Assembly (NCBI GenBank): GCA_964395625.1 | Contig: CAYNAR010000002.1 | Location: 781 to 64,780 of the forward strand | Length of the DNA stretch: 64,000 bases | Direction: 5' to 3' | Source: an uncultured Gammaproteobacteria bacterium | Lineage (GTDB): Bacteria; Patescibacteriota; Patescibacteriia; Patescibacteriales; WJLG01 | Shown: positions 23,717 through 32,133 of the stretch, piece after piece | How the letters are laid out: each line of letters opens with the position of its first letter | Numbering within the stretch: the first letter of the stretch is position 1 | Translations under genes and position numbers: made by a program | Notes under the pieces: generated by a model | The model's input: only the letters and a program-made list of their open reading frames with translations | Told to the model about the DNA's origin: nothing | Databases searched by the model: none

Positions 23717-24115
23717 ATGGAAAATTTTAATCAAAGCGGTCCGGCGGAGAGTTATTTCGAAAGATGTCAGAGGTTGGAACGGGAGAAAAGGGAAAGTTTG
23801 AGGCCTGAGATAGAAAGCTCTCTTGGCGGCTCATTGAAAGAATTTATTATTAAAAAATTCTCACCAAGAGAGGGTAAATCCGATTTTCCCCAGCTTAAGG
23901 AATTACGGGAAAAATATTCGGCGGTTGCCGACAGGATTAGTACTGAAAACATTGAAGCTGATGATTTGTTGGATGTTGAAGAATTGATCAAGAATATCGG
24001 TCAGTATGTTGGTTATTGGAGAGAGAAATCAAGAGGCGATCAAGAAATGACGGATGAGGTAATGAAATTTGAGGTACTGAAAGAGGAGTTGGAAAAATAT
24101 TTAAGTAGGGTATAA
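23717..24115 (+). CDS. hypothetical charged/coiled-coil protein between lemA and htpX
   Basis: Track ORF trimmed to ATG 23717 (MENFNQSG...). No motif recognised. Confidence 0.5.
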   Translation: MENFNQSGPAESYFERCQRLEREKRESLRPEIESSLGGSLKEFIIKKFSPREGKSDFPQLKELREKYSAVADRISTENIEADDLLDVEELIKNIGQYVGYWREKSRGDQEMTDEVMKFEVLKEELEKYLSRV

Positions 24116-24116
24116 T
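24089..24116 (+). promoter_or_regulatory. promoter TTGGAA-16-TATAAT for htpX
   Basis: The TATAAT (24111-24116) ends exactly 7 nt before ATG 24124, and there is no SD. Confidence 0.55.
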
Positions 24117-24123
24117 TCTATAT

Positions 24124-25029
24124 ATGACATTGTATACAAATTCATCGTCTAATGCTCGTAAGACTTGGCTATTGATGTCGATATTCTTTGTCGTCGTCAT
24201 CGCCATCGGTTGGGTATTCTCTTATGCTATGGAGACGCCCGGTATTTTGTATGTCGCCGTGCTTTTTAGCATCATCTCTTCTTTTGTCAGTTATTGGTGG
24301 AGCGATAAGATAGTTTTAGCGATGTCTTCGGCTAGGGAGGTCGATCATGATAGTGCTCGCGAACTATATCACTTAGTGGAGAATCTTTGCATCACTGCCG
24401 GTTTACCGGTGCCGAAAATCTATATCATCGACGATACGGCTCCGAACGCTTTCGCCACTGGTCGTGATCCGCAACATGCTGTCATCGCTGTGACTACAGG
24501 TCTTCTGCAAAAATTGGAGAAGGCGGAATTGGAGGGCGTCTTGGCTCACGAATTGTCGCATATCGGCAATCGCGATATCTTAATTTCCACCATCGCCACC
24601 GTCATGGTCGGCGTTATTGTGCTTATGGCCGATTGGTTCTGGCGCTGGTCGCTTTTCGGTGGACGTCGTAAGTCGGATAACGAGAATAATCAGATTGGGT
24701 TGATTATAACGATAGCGGCGCTGGTGTTGATGATTTTGGCACCGCTTTTCGCCCAGCTTCTGCAGATGGCCATTTCTCGTAAGCGCGAATTCAAGGCCGA
24801 TGCCGATGGCGCCTTGCTTACTCGCTATCCGGATGGCTTGGCGCGCGCTTTGGAGAAGATTTCGGCCGATCGTGAACCGTTGGAAGTGGCTAATCGCGCC
24901 ACAGCTCATATGTATATCGTCTCACCGCTCAAGGGCGACGAGAATGGACATATCAGTTTTTTCACTAAATTATTCATGACCCATCCGCCGGTCGAGGAGA
25001 GAGTTGCCGCGCTTAGGGGGATGAAATAA
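24124..25029 (+). CDS. htpX: zinc metalloprotease HtpX (peptidase M48)
   Basis: 301 aa. HELSHIGNRD (HExxH), TM segments and a C-terminal THPPVEERV. Confidence 0.9.
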   Translation: MTLYTNSSSNARKTWLLMSIFFVVVIAIGWVFSYAMETPGILYVAVLFSIISSFVSYWWSDKIVLAMSSAREVDHDSARELYHLVENLCITAGLPVPKIYIIDDTAPNAFATGRDPQHAVIAVTTGLLQKLEKAELEGVLAHELSHIGNRDILISTIATVMVGVIVLMADWFWRWSLFGGRRKSDNENNQIGLIITIAALVLMILAPLFAQLLQMAISRKREFKADADGALLTRYPDGLARALEKISADREPLEVANRATAHMYIVSPLKGDENGHISFFTKLFMTHPPVEERVAALRGMK

Positions 25030-25084
25030 AAAAATAAATAAAAAAATAATGAGGGGTTATTTTTGTTTTGATCGTTTTTTGCGT

Positions 25085-25159
25085 CCGGGATGACCAGTCT
25101 CTTGGTGCCCGGGGGTGAAAAGCTTAAGGAGGGCCGGGCGGCAGGTTTCTGTCGTCCCG
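25085..25159. other. GC-rich structured element (two hairpins flanking an orphan AAGGAGG)
   Basis: Hairpin 25085-25112 (CCGGG...ACCA/TGGT...CCCGG) and hairpin 25135-25159 (CGGGCGGCAG-GTTT-CTGTCG-T-CCCG), with AAGGAGG at 25126-25132. The strand is undetermined. Confidence 0.3.
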
Positions 25160-25195
25160 AACGGAGAAAATGATTTTAAATTTATAACTAGCAGT

Positions 25196-26146
25196 ATGAC
25201 AACACAGGAAATTTTTGATTTAGCGTTGAGACTTGGCATTAAAGCTGACTTGCGAGGGGAGAAAAAGGTCAAAGAGTTTTTGGAAAGGACTAAGAAGAAA
25301 TACGATAAATTAGGCAAGGACAAGAAGGAGGATTTTGATATGGACCGTTTGACTAATCCTTATTCCGATAGTCGTATCTTGGTCGACAATAAAAAGAAGA
25401 AAGAGGTTAAAAAGATTATGGTCGGCGTCGATGTCGAGGCGCAGGAGATGTTGTTGGCCGACAAGCTGGGTATCGATGTCATCATCACTCATCACCCGGA
25501 AGGCAAGGCCTTGGCCGATTTACATACCGTCATGGAGCTTCAGGCTGAGGTGTTGGCCGACTACGGAGTGCCGATAAATGTCGCCGAATCAGTCATTAAA
25601 TCGCGTATCAGTGAGGTTGGTAGGAGTGTCACTTCTGGAAATTATAATCGCAACGTCGATTTTGCTCGCGCTTTGAAGATGGACTATATGTGTGTTCATA
25701 CTCCTTGCGACAATTTGGCTGCCTCTTTCGTTAAAAAATTGATAGAAAGCAAGAAGCCGGAGTATGTCGACGACTTGATGTCTTTGTTGAAAGAGATTTC
25801 GGAATATAAGGAGGCTGGAAAGTCTAAGGCCGGCCCGAAATTGTTCGCCGGTTCACCGGACAGTCATTGTGGTAAGATTGCGGTCACGGAATTTACCGGT
25901 GGCACGTCCGGATCCAAAGATATGTTCGAGAAAATGGCTCAAGCCGGCATCGGGACTATCGTCGGTATGCATATGAGCGAGGAGCACCGCAAGGAAGCGG
26001 AGAAGAATCACATCAACGTCGTCATCGCCGGGCACATGTCTTCCGATTCTTTGGGTTTGAATCTCTTCTTGGATGAATTGGAAAAGAAAGGTGTGGAAAT
26101 CGTGCCGATTGCCGGATTGATCAGGGTTAAAAGGGGTAATAAATAA
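25196..26146 (+). CDS. NIF3-like (dinuclear metal centre) family protein
   Basis: DVIITHHPEG, CVHTPCDN and VIAGHMSSDSLG resemble NIF3 motifs. The start was moved from GTG 25115 to ATG 25196 (TATAAC ends 7 nt upstream). Confidence 0.6.
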   Translation: MTTQEIFDLALRLGIKADLRGEKKVKEFLERTKKKYDKLGKDKKEDFDMDRLTNPYSDSRILVDNKKKKEVKKIMVGVDVEAQEMLLADKLGIDVIITHHPEGKALADLHTVMELQAEVLADYGVPINVAESVIKSRISEVGRSVTSGNYNRNVDFARALKMDYMCVHTPCDNLAASFVKKLIESKKPEYVDDLMSLLKEISEYKEAGKSKAGPKLFAGSPDSHCGKIAVTEFTGGTSGSKDMFEKMAQAGIGTIVGMHMSEEHRKEAEKNHINVVIAGHMSSDSLGLNLFLDELEKKGVEIVPIAGLIRVKRGNK

Positions 26147-26838
26147 TGTTATCTATAAAGAATAGAAACGTTTGGATTTTTTTAGTCGTACTTCCGGCTT
26201 TATTCTTTCAATTAGTCGGTACTTATTTTTATTATGTCTATCCAGGTGCGCAGTTTCCGCAAGTCATCTATGTCGCGACTAAAGTATTATTGATAGCTTG
26301 GCCTCTTTTATGCTGGGCTTTGATCGGTAAATTTTTGTTCATCAAAAGCGAGAAGAATAATAAAGAATCCTTCGTTCTTGGCTTGATTTCCGGTTTGATA
26401 TTTTTGGCGACGATCTTGGGTGTTTATTTCTCTTGGCAGGATTATTTTCAGCAATACGCCTATTTGGTCAAAGAGAAAGTGGACAGCCTTGGAATAGGCG
26501 GGTTCAAGTTTTTGATTTTCGCAGTATTTCTTAGTCTTATCCATTCTTTTATCGAGGAGTACTATTGGCGGTCGTTCGTTTTTCGCGGACTTCTTGGTTT
26601 GGTGAAGTTTTGGCCGGCGTTAATAGTCGGCGGAATAGCTTTCGCCCTTCATCACTATTTGCTTCTATCGCAATTTTTCCCTTGGCCAATAGTCGTTTTA
26701 TTCGGTACAATGGTAGGAGCGGCCGGCGCTTGGTGGAGTTGGGTGTATTTTAAGACTAATAGTCTCTTGGGTGCATGGATTAGTCATGCGTTTGCCGATT
26801 TAGCCGTAATGATAGTGGCTTATTTTTTAATTTTTTAA
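26146..26838 (+). CDS. CPBP family intramembrane glutamic endopeptidase
   Basis: EEYYWRSFVFRG, FALHH and SHAFAD motifs. Polytopic. Confidence 0.8.
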   Translation: MLSIKNRNVWIFLVVLPALFFQLVGTYFYYVYPGAQFPQVIYVATKVLLIAWPLLCWALIGKFLFIKSEKNNKESFVLGLISGLIFLATILGVYFSWQDYFQQYAYLVKEKVDSLGIGGFKFLIFAVFLSLIHSFIEEYYWRSFVFRGLLGLVKFWPALIVGGIAFALHHYLLLSQFFPWPIVVLFGTMVGAAGAWWSWVYFKTNSLLGAWISHAFADLAVMIVAYFLIF

Positions 26839-26839
26839 A

Positions 26840-28123
26840 ATGAAAAACAAAAAAAAGCAACAGCTGGAGTTGATAGCTCCGGCCGGGAATCCCGAAAAAG
26901 CCTTGACGGCCTTCGCGTTCGGCGCCGATGCTATCTATCTTGGCATTCCTGATTTTTCTTTGCGTGTACGCATCAACGACTTTACTTTAAAGAGTATCGC
27001 CAAGACTGTCGAAGAGGCTAAGCGACAGAAGAAAAAAGTCTATATCACCGTCAATATCTTCGCTCATAATCGTCATTTAGAAAAATTACCAGCATACGTC
27101 AAGTTTATAAAAGAGTTGAAAGTCAACGCTTTGATAATTTCCGATCCTGGGGTGATGGCTATCGTGAAAAAGATTTGGCCGGAGGCTAGAATCCATTTAT
27201 CCACTCAGGCTAATTGTACTAACTGGTCTTCGGCGCAGTTTTGGTATAAGCAAGGCGTTAAGAGAGTGGTTTTGGGTCGCGAGACGACTCTCGACGAAAT
27301 CAAGGAAATTCACAAGAAGTGCCCGAAGTTGGAATTGGAATATTTCGTCCATGGCGCGATGTGCATGGCTTATTCCGGGCGTTGTTTCCTGTCCAAAGAG
27401 TTCACCGGTCGTTCCGGCAATCTTGGCGATTGTTCGCAGCCGTGTCGCTGGCAATATTATTTGCGCGAGGCGAAAGTTGATGGACGCGAGATGGAGATCG
27501 TCGAAGAGGAGCACGGAACCTATCTGCTCAATTCCAAGGATTTATGTTTGATAAAATATTTGGACAAGCTTAAGGCGGCCGGTATCTCATCTTTTAAGAT
27601 AGAAGGTCGCGCCAAGAGCGTCTATTATCAGGCGGTCGTCGTCAACGCTTATCGTGCGGCGATAGAACAAATGAAGAATAAGAAAGAGGCGATCAAAAAA
27701 AGGGAGATAAACAGGCTGTATGAGGAGTTGAACACCAGACTTGTTCACCGTGGATATACGACCGGATTCTTGTTGGGCGGCAAAGGCGAGCAGAATTTGG
27801 ACAACAGTCACGTGGAATGCGATTGGGAGTTTTGCGGAGTGGCCCTTCCTTCTTCCGACGAGTTTATAGTGGTAAGGAACGAAAGTAATAGAAAATCCCA
27901 TTTCATTTTGACTAAAGTGCACAATACCATTAAAATAGGTGATCAATTGGAGGCGGTTCGTCCCTATTCTTCGACAATAAAAATCGAGCTTAAAAGGATA
28001 TTGGACGGCAAGAACGGAAAAGAATTGTCCGAGGCGCATGGCGGAGGTGGTAGTACGGAAGTGATTTTGGAAACAAATCAGGAAGTGCCGGAATTTAGTG
28101 TGATGAGGAGGAGAATAAAATAA
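26840..28123 (+). CDS. peptidase U32 family protein
   Basis: 427 aa. EYFVHGAMCMAYSGRCFLS and CSQPCRW are typical of U32. Confidence 0.85.
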   Translation: MKNKKKQQLELIAPAGNPEKALTAFAFGADAIYLGIPDFSLRVRINDFTLKSIAKTVEEAKRQKKKVYITVNIFAHNRHLEKLPAYVKFIKELKVNALIISDPGVMAIVKKIWPEARIHLSTQANCTNWSSAQFWYKQGVKRVVLGRETTLDEIKEIHKKCPKLELEYFVHGAMCMAYSGRCFLSKEFTGRSGNLGDCSQPCRWQYYLREAKVDGREMEIVEEEHGTYLLNSKDLCLIKYLDKLKAAGISSFKIEGRAKSVYYQAVVVNAYRAAIEQMKNKKEAIKKREINRLYEELNTRLVHRGYTTGFLLGGKGEQNLDNSHVECDWEFCGVALPSSDEFIVVRNESNRKSHFILTKVHNTIKIGDQLEAVRPYSSTIKIELKRILDGKNGKELSEAHGGGGSTEVILETNQEVPEFSVMRRRIK

Positions 28124-28124
28124 T

Positions 28125-28694
28125 ATGATTTCATATCTTAAAGGAAGAATAATTAAACGAGGGGGGAATTTCGTCATTTTGAATAACGCCGATATCGGTT
28201 ACAAGATTTTCGTCGGCGAGGGCGCAGTCGCCGATTTGGCGACTGGCAATGAGGTGGAATTTTGGATATATCAAAATATTCGCGAGGACGCTAACGAACT
28301 TTACGGCTTTTTATCCTATGAAAAGTTGGAAATGTTTGAATTGCTTTTGAATGTCAACGGTATCGGTCCGAAGTCGGCTATGGGTATTATGACTGCCATC
28401 AATGCCGAGGAGCTTAAAGAGGCGATAGCGACCGGCGATTTGGCGATGCTCACTAAGGTTTCCGGTATCGGCAAAAAAACTGCCGAGAGGATCGTCTTGG
28501 ATTTGCGCGACAAGGTTGGTTTTCTATCTCCTGTCATTGGTTCGACTTCTGCCGCTCGTGGCGACGAAATCGACGCCTTGATGGCTCTCGGCTATTCCAT
28601 GCAAGAATCGCGCGAGGCTTTGTCTGGGGTCGATAAATCCATTACTGATAGCGGAAAGAGGATTCGCGAGGCTCTTAAGTCAATGAAGAAATAA
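28125..28694 (+). CDS. ruvA: Holliday junction DNA helicase subunit RuvA
   Basis: 189 aa. MISYLKGRI..., HhH motifs (VNGIGPKSA, VSGIGKKTAERIVL). Confidence 0.9.
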   Translation: MISYLKGRIIKRGGNFVILNNADIGYKIFVGEGAVADLATGNEVEFWIYQNIREDANELYGFLSYEKLEMFELLLNVNGIGPKSAMGIMTAINAEELKEAIATGDLAMLTKVSGIGKKTAERIVLDLRDKVGFLSPVIGSTSAARGDEIDALMALGYSMQESREALSGVDKSITDSGKRIREALKSMKK

Positions 28695-28702
28695 GATTTT
28701 AT

Positions 28703-29680
28703 ATGCAGTTAGTGGAGATAAAAGATAAAAATAAGTTGAATGATTTTGTCGGTTCGCAAGAACGGGCGGAACTTTTGCAATCTTGGGAGTGGGGTGAATT
28801 TCAAGAGAAGGCTGGTGCCAAGGTTTTGCGTTTTGGAGTGGAGGAGAATCGTCAACTTGTCGCTGTCGCGACGTTGATCAAAAAATCCTTACCGCTGGGG
28901 ATGAACTATCTATATTGCCCCAGAGGGCCGGTGATTGATTATAAATCATCGATTACGAATGATAAGCTGGAAGATTTTTTATTTTTGGAAATAGAAAAGA
29001 TTTTTAATAAGGAGAAGATCGTATTTTTAAGAATCGAGCCTAGGGAAAAAATCAATAATTCACGATTCATAATTAATAGTTCATTGGATATTCAGGTCAG
29101 CAAGACGATATTTTTGGATTTAAAAAAGACCGAAGAGGAGTTATTAAAAGAGATGCACCAGAAAACTCGTTACAACATCCGCTTGGCCGAGAAGAAGGGC
29201 GTTAAAATCGTCGAGGTGGGCGTCGATAGGTTCGAGGAGTTTTGGAATTTGATGTCGCAGACCGTGAATCGTGATGGTTTTAGACTGCACGAGAAAGAGT
29301 ATTATAAAAAAATGCTAGAGCTCGACAATATAAAGTTGTTTTTCGGTATATTCGACGAAAAAATACTTTGCGCCGGAATATTTTCTTTCTTCGGCGACAC
29401 AGTTACGTACCTACACGGTGCTTCCTCTAACGAGAACCGTGAACTGATGGCTCCGTATCTTTTACAATGGGAATTGGTTAGGCGTGCCAAAGCTGACGGC
29501 TACAAGTTGTATGATTTTTTCGGTATCGACGAGAAGAAATGGCCCGGGGTCACTCGTTTTAAAAAGGGGTTTGGCGGTGAGGAGGTTCGGTATCCAGGAA
29601 CTTTCGATGTGATTTTGGATGGTTTCAAATATCGAGCTTATGGCGTGCTTCGTAAAATCAGAAGATTTATAAGAATTTAA
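28703..29680 (+). CDS. FemAB-family peptidoglycan bridge-forming aminoacyl transferase
   Basis: 325 aa. The length and the QSWEWGEF..., MHQKTRYNIRLAEKKGV and ...YDFFGI patterns fit the FemX/MurM family. Confidence 0.8.
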   Translation: MQLVEIKDKNKLNDFVGSQERAELLQSWEWGEFQEKAGAKVLRFGVEENRQLVAVATLIKKSLPLGMNYLYCPRGPVIDYKSSITNDKLEDFLFLEIEKIFNKEKIVFLRIEPREKINNSRFIINSSLDIQVSKTIFLDLKKTEEELLKEMHQKTRYNIRLAEKKGVKIVEVGVDRFEEFWNLMSQTVNRDGFRLHEKEYYKKMLELDNIKLFFGIFDEKILCAGIFSFFGDTVTYLHGASSNENRELMAPYLLQWELVRRAKADGYKLYDFFGIDEKKWPGVTRFKKGFGGEEVRYPGTFDVILDGFKYRAYGVLRKIRRFIRI

Positions 29681-29693
29681 TCGTTGGAATATA

Positions 29694-30008
29694 ATGGTTA
29701 TCGATAATACTATTTTAGCTATCTTGATTTTTTTAGCCTTGGTCAATTTTTTGTCTTTTTACACGATGTTGATGGACAAAAGTTTGGCTATAGAAGGAAA
29801 GCGCCGCATCAGCGAGGGCGCTCTATTTTTTTGGGCGATATTTTTCGGCGGCTTCGGTATCTATGCCGGCATGATTCTTTTTCATCATAAGACTAGAAAA
29901 TGGTATTTTTATTTTGGAATACCTTTGGTAATGGTTCAGAATATTTGTTTCTTGTTAGTCTTATATCAATTCGTCAAAGGTGTTTGCTTCGCTGTGTCGA
30001 CGACTTAG
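29694..30008 (+). CDS. DUF1294 family small membrane protein
   Basis: 104 aa. DKSLAIEGKRRISEGALFFWAIFFGGFGIYAGMILFHHKTRK. Confidence 0.75.
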   Translation: MVIDNTILAILIFLALVNFLSFYTMLMDKSLAIEGKRRISEGALFFWAIFFGGFGIYAGMILFHHKTRKWYFYFGIPLVMVQNICFLLVLYQFVKGVCFAVSTT

Positions 30009-30050
30009 CGCCTGGTTGATTGAAAAATGCCCCTTTGCTATTATAAGGAT

Positions 30051-30182
30051 AGTACAGATGCACCTTTTTGTTACAATCCCACCTCGGAGCGGATATCTCC
30101 ATTTTTTATCCTCTAAAGTAATGATGTCCTCTCCAGTTAGTAGGGTGTTTTCTTGGCAGAGAAAACACCCTTTTATTTTTTT
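30051..30182 (+). ncRNA. candidate small RNA or cis-acting leader bounded by a promoter and an intrinsic terminator
   Basis: TTGATT(30016-30021)-17-TATTAT(30039-30044) upstream. Terminator GGGTGTTTTCT (30143-30153) pairs with AGAAAACACCC (30160-30170), followed by a T-run. No convincing ORF. Confidence 0.3.
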
Positions 30183-30265
30183 GTAAGAAAAAAAGTTTTC
30201 CCTTTTCTTTTGCGTGTTTCCTTGATATTCTTAAGGTATGATTCACGGTGCATAACTTCAACAAT

Positions 30266-31681
30266 ATGGATAAAATATTCTCTTTGATTAAAAGGTTCAT
30301 CCCGAAAAGATTGTTTAAGGCGGTTCAGCCGGCTTATCACTTCTTATTATCTTGGTCGTCGGCCTTTTTTTGTGGCTTTCCTTCTGAAAAGATGGTTGTC
30401 ATTGGTGTGACGGGGACCATTGGTAAAACTACTACATCGTATTTATTATTGCGAACATTAAAGGCTTGTGGATATAAGGTCGGATTGACGTCGACGGCCA
30501 TTTTCGACGATGGGGAGAAGGAGTGGCTTAACGACAAGAGGATGACTATGGTCGGGCGTTTCTTTTTGCAAAGATTATTAGCCAAAATGGTTAAAAACGG
30601 TTGTCAATTCGCCATCGTGGAGACGACTTCGGAGGGTATTCGCCAGTTTCGTCATCGTTTTATAAATTATGATTGGTTGATTTTTACCGGCCTTTACCCT
30701 GAACATATCGAATCTCATGGCGGTTTTGAGAACTATAAAAAGGCTAAAGGTAAATTATTCGAACATTTGAAGAATTGCAAGGTTAAATACACGACGCCTG
30801 ATTGGAAAATCAAGAAGGATGCCTCTGGTTTAGAAAAAATAGATTTGAATAGGGTGAAAAAGACAGTTGTCGCTAATATCGACGACGAGCATGCGCCGTA
30901 TTTTACTTCTTTCTGGCAGGAGGATTGCATCGGTTTCTCTTTAGATCCGGAAAATGCTAAGAAAAAAGGGGATTGGCCGGATAATTTAGCGATTGAGAGG
31001 TATGACAATATACATACCGAAGAGGCGGGTGTCTCCTTCGACGCTTTTGGCACTGAGATAGATTTGGCTATTTTTGGCGAGTTCAATGCCGCCAATGCTA
31101 TGGCCGCGGCTTGTGTGACGCGATTGGTCGAAAAAGATATAAATAAAATAAAAGAAGGGTTGTTTGGTATCAAGGGTGTCGCCGGTCGCATGGAGACTAT
31201 CGATGAAGGGCAACCTTTTAAGGTTATCGTCGACTATGCCTTTGAGCCGAACTCTTTGGCTAAGTTTTATGACACTATCGAGAAAATCCCGCATAATCGC
31301 ATAATCAACGTCTTTGGCGCGGCCGGAGGCGGTCGCGACACTGCTCGTCGTCCGAAAATGGGGCTTTTGGCTGGAAAAAGAGCGGATTTTGTCGTCGTTA
31401 CCAACGAGGATCCTTATGATGACGACCCCGGTCTGATAATAGATCAGATAGGCGCCGGAGCCGAGACGGCCGGAAAAAAATTGAATCAGGATTATTTCAA
31501 GATACCCGATCGTCGTGAGGCTATCAGGAAAGCTATGGAATTGGCCCAGGAGGGGGATCTAGTCTTGATTACCGGCAAGGGGTCGGAACAGCTTATTTGG
31601 ATGGCTAATGGAGAGAAAATCCCTTGGGACGATAGGAGGGTGGCCAGGGAAGAGATTAATAATTTAAAGGGCGTGGCATAG
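30266..31681 (+). CDS. murE: Mur ligase family protein (MurE-like)
   Basis: VIGVTGTIGKTTTSYLL P-loop, DYAFEPNSL, VVVTNEDPYDDDP. Track start is GTG 30248; ATG 30266 is preferred. Confidence 0.8.
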   Translation: MDKIFSLIKRFIPKRLFKAVQPAYHFLLSWSSAFFCGFPSEKMVVIGVTGTIGKTTTSYLLLRTLKACGYKVGLTSTAIFDDGEKEWLNDKRMTMVGRFFLQRLLAKMVKNGCQFAIVETTSEGIRQFRHRFINYDWLIFTGLYPEHIESHGGFENYKKAKGKLFEHLKNCKVKYTTPDWKIKKDASGLEKIDLNRVKKTVVANIDDEHAPYFTSFWQEDCIGFSLDPENAKKKGDWPDNLAIERYDNIHTEEAGVSFDAFGTEIDLAIFGEFNAANAMAAACVTRLVEKDINKIKEGLFGIKGVAGRMETIDEGQPFKVIVDYAFEPNSLAKFYDTIEKIPHNRIINVFGAAGGGRDTARRPKMGLLAGKRADFVVVTNEDPYDDDPGLIIDQIGAGAETAGKKLNQDYFKIPDRREAIRKAMELAQEGDLVLITGKGSEQLIWMANGEKIPWDDRRVAREEINNLKGVA

Positions 31682-31824
31682 TGGCGTCTGTTGCGCTGAT
31701 TTCCTGTGAGTCAAAATCTGTGGAAAACTAAAAGCCTATACAATATAATAATACTTTGTTTTTAAATTTTTGTATTAATATAAGCAATATTTGACATTAA
31801 GGCAAAATTGCCCTTTTGTTTTTC

Positions 31825-31853
31825 TTGACAATTTAAAAAATCCTTGTTAACAT
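31825..31853 (+). promoter_or_regulatory. promoter TTGACA-17-TAACAT upstream of rpoB
   Basis: Same hexamer pair as at 778-806. It would give a roughly 270-nt leader. Confidence 0.45.
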
Positions 31854-32133
31854 ACATAATTATCGGAAAATTCCCCCATTTTAGACACTTTAAGAGTACC
31901 AAAACTCCTTTGGCACAAGGTGCTTGGTCTTAAAAGGTGATTATCTCAATCAATTAAACTAAATATTTTATTTAAAACTCAGACCAAGAGCGGCTTTGAG
32001 ATTTTTTTGTCGTCTTAGCCTCTATTGTTTGGCCGAGTTTTTGTAGTTTATTCTGATAATTAATATGAATATTGCTAATTTTAGTTAATTAATTAGCCCC
32101 ATTCATATAATTAGCAGATAAATTGTCAATTTT

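Noticed and set aside
29980-30186. A 68-aa track ORF spanning the DUF1294 gene end and the terminator.
   Set aside because: It overlaps the end of the upstream gene and reads straight through a strong terminator hairpin and T-tract. It shows no coding features and is treated as non-coding, apart from the low-probability 42-codon sub-frame noted in the findings.
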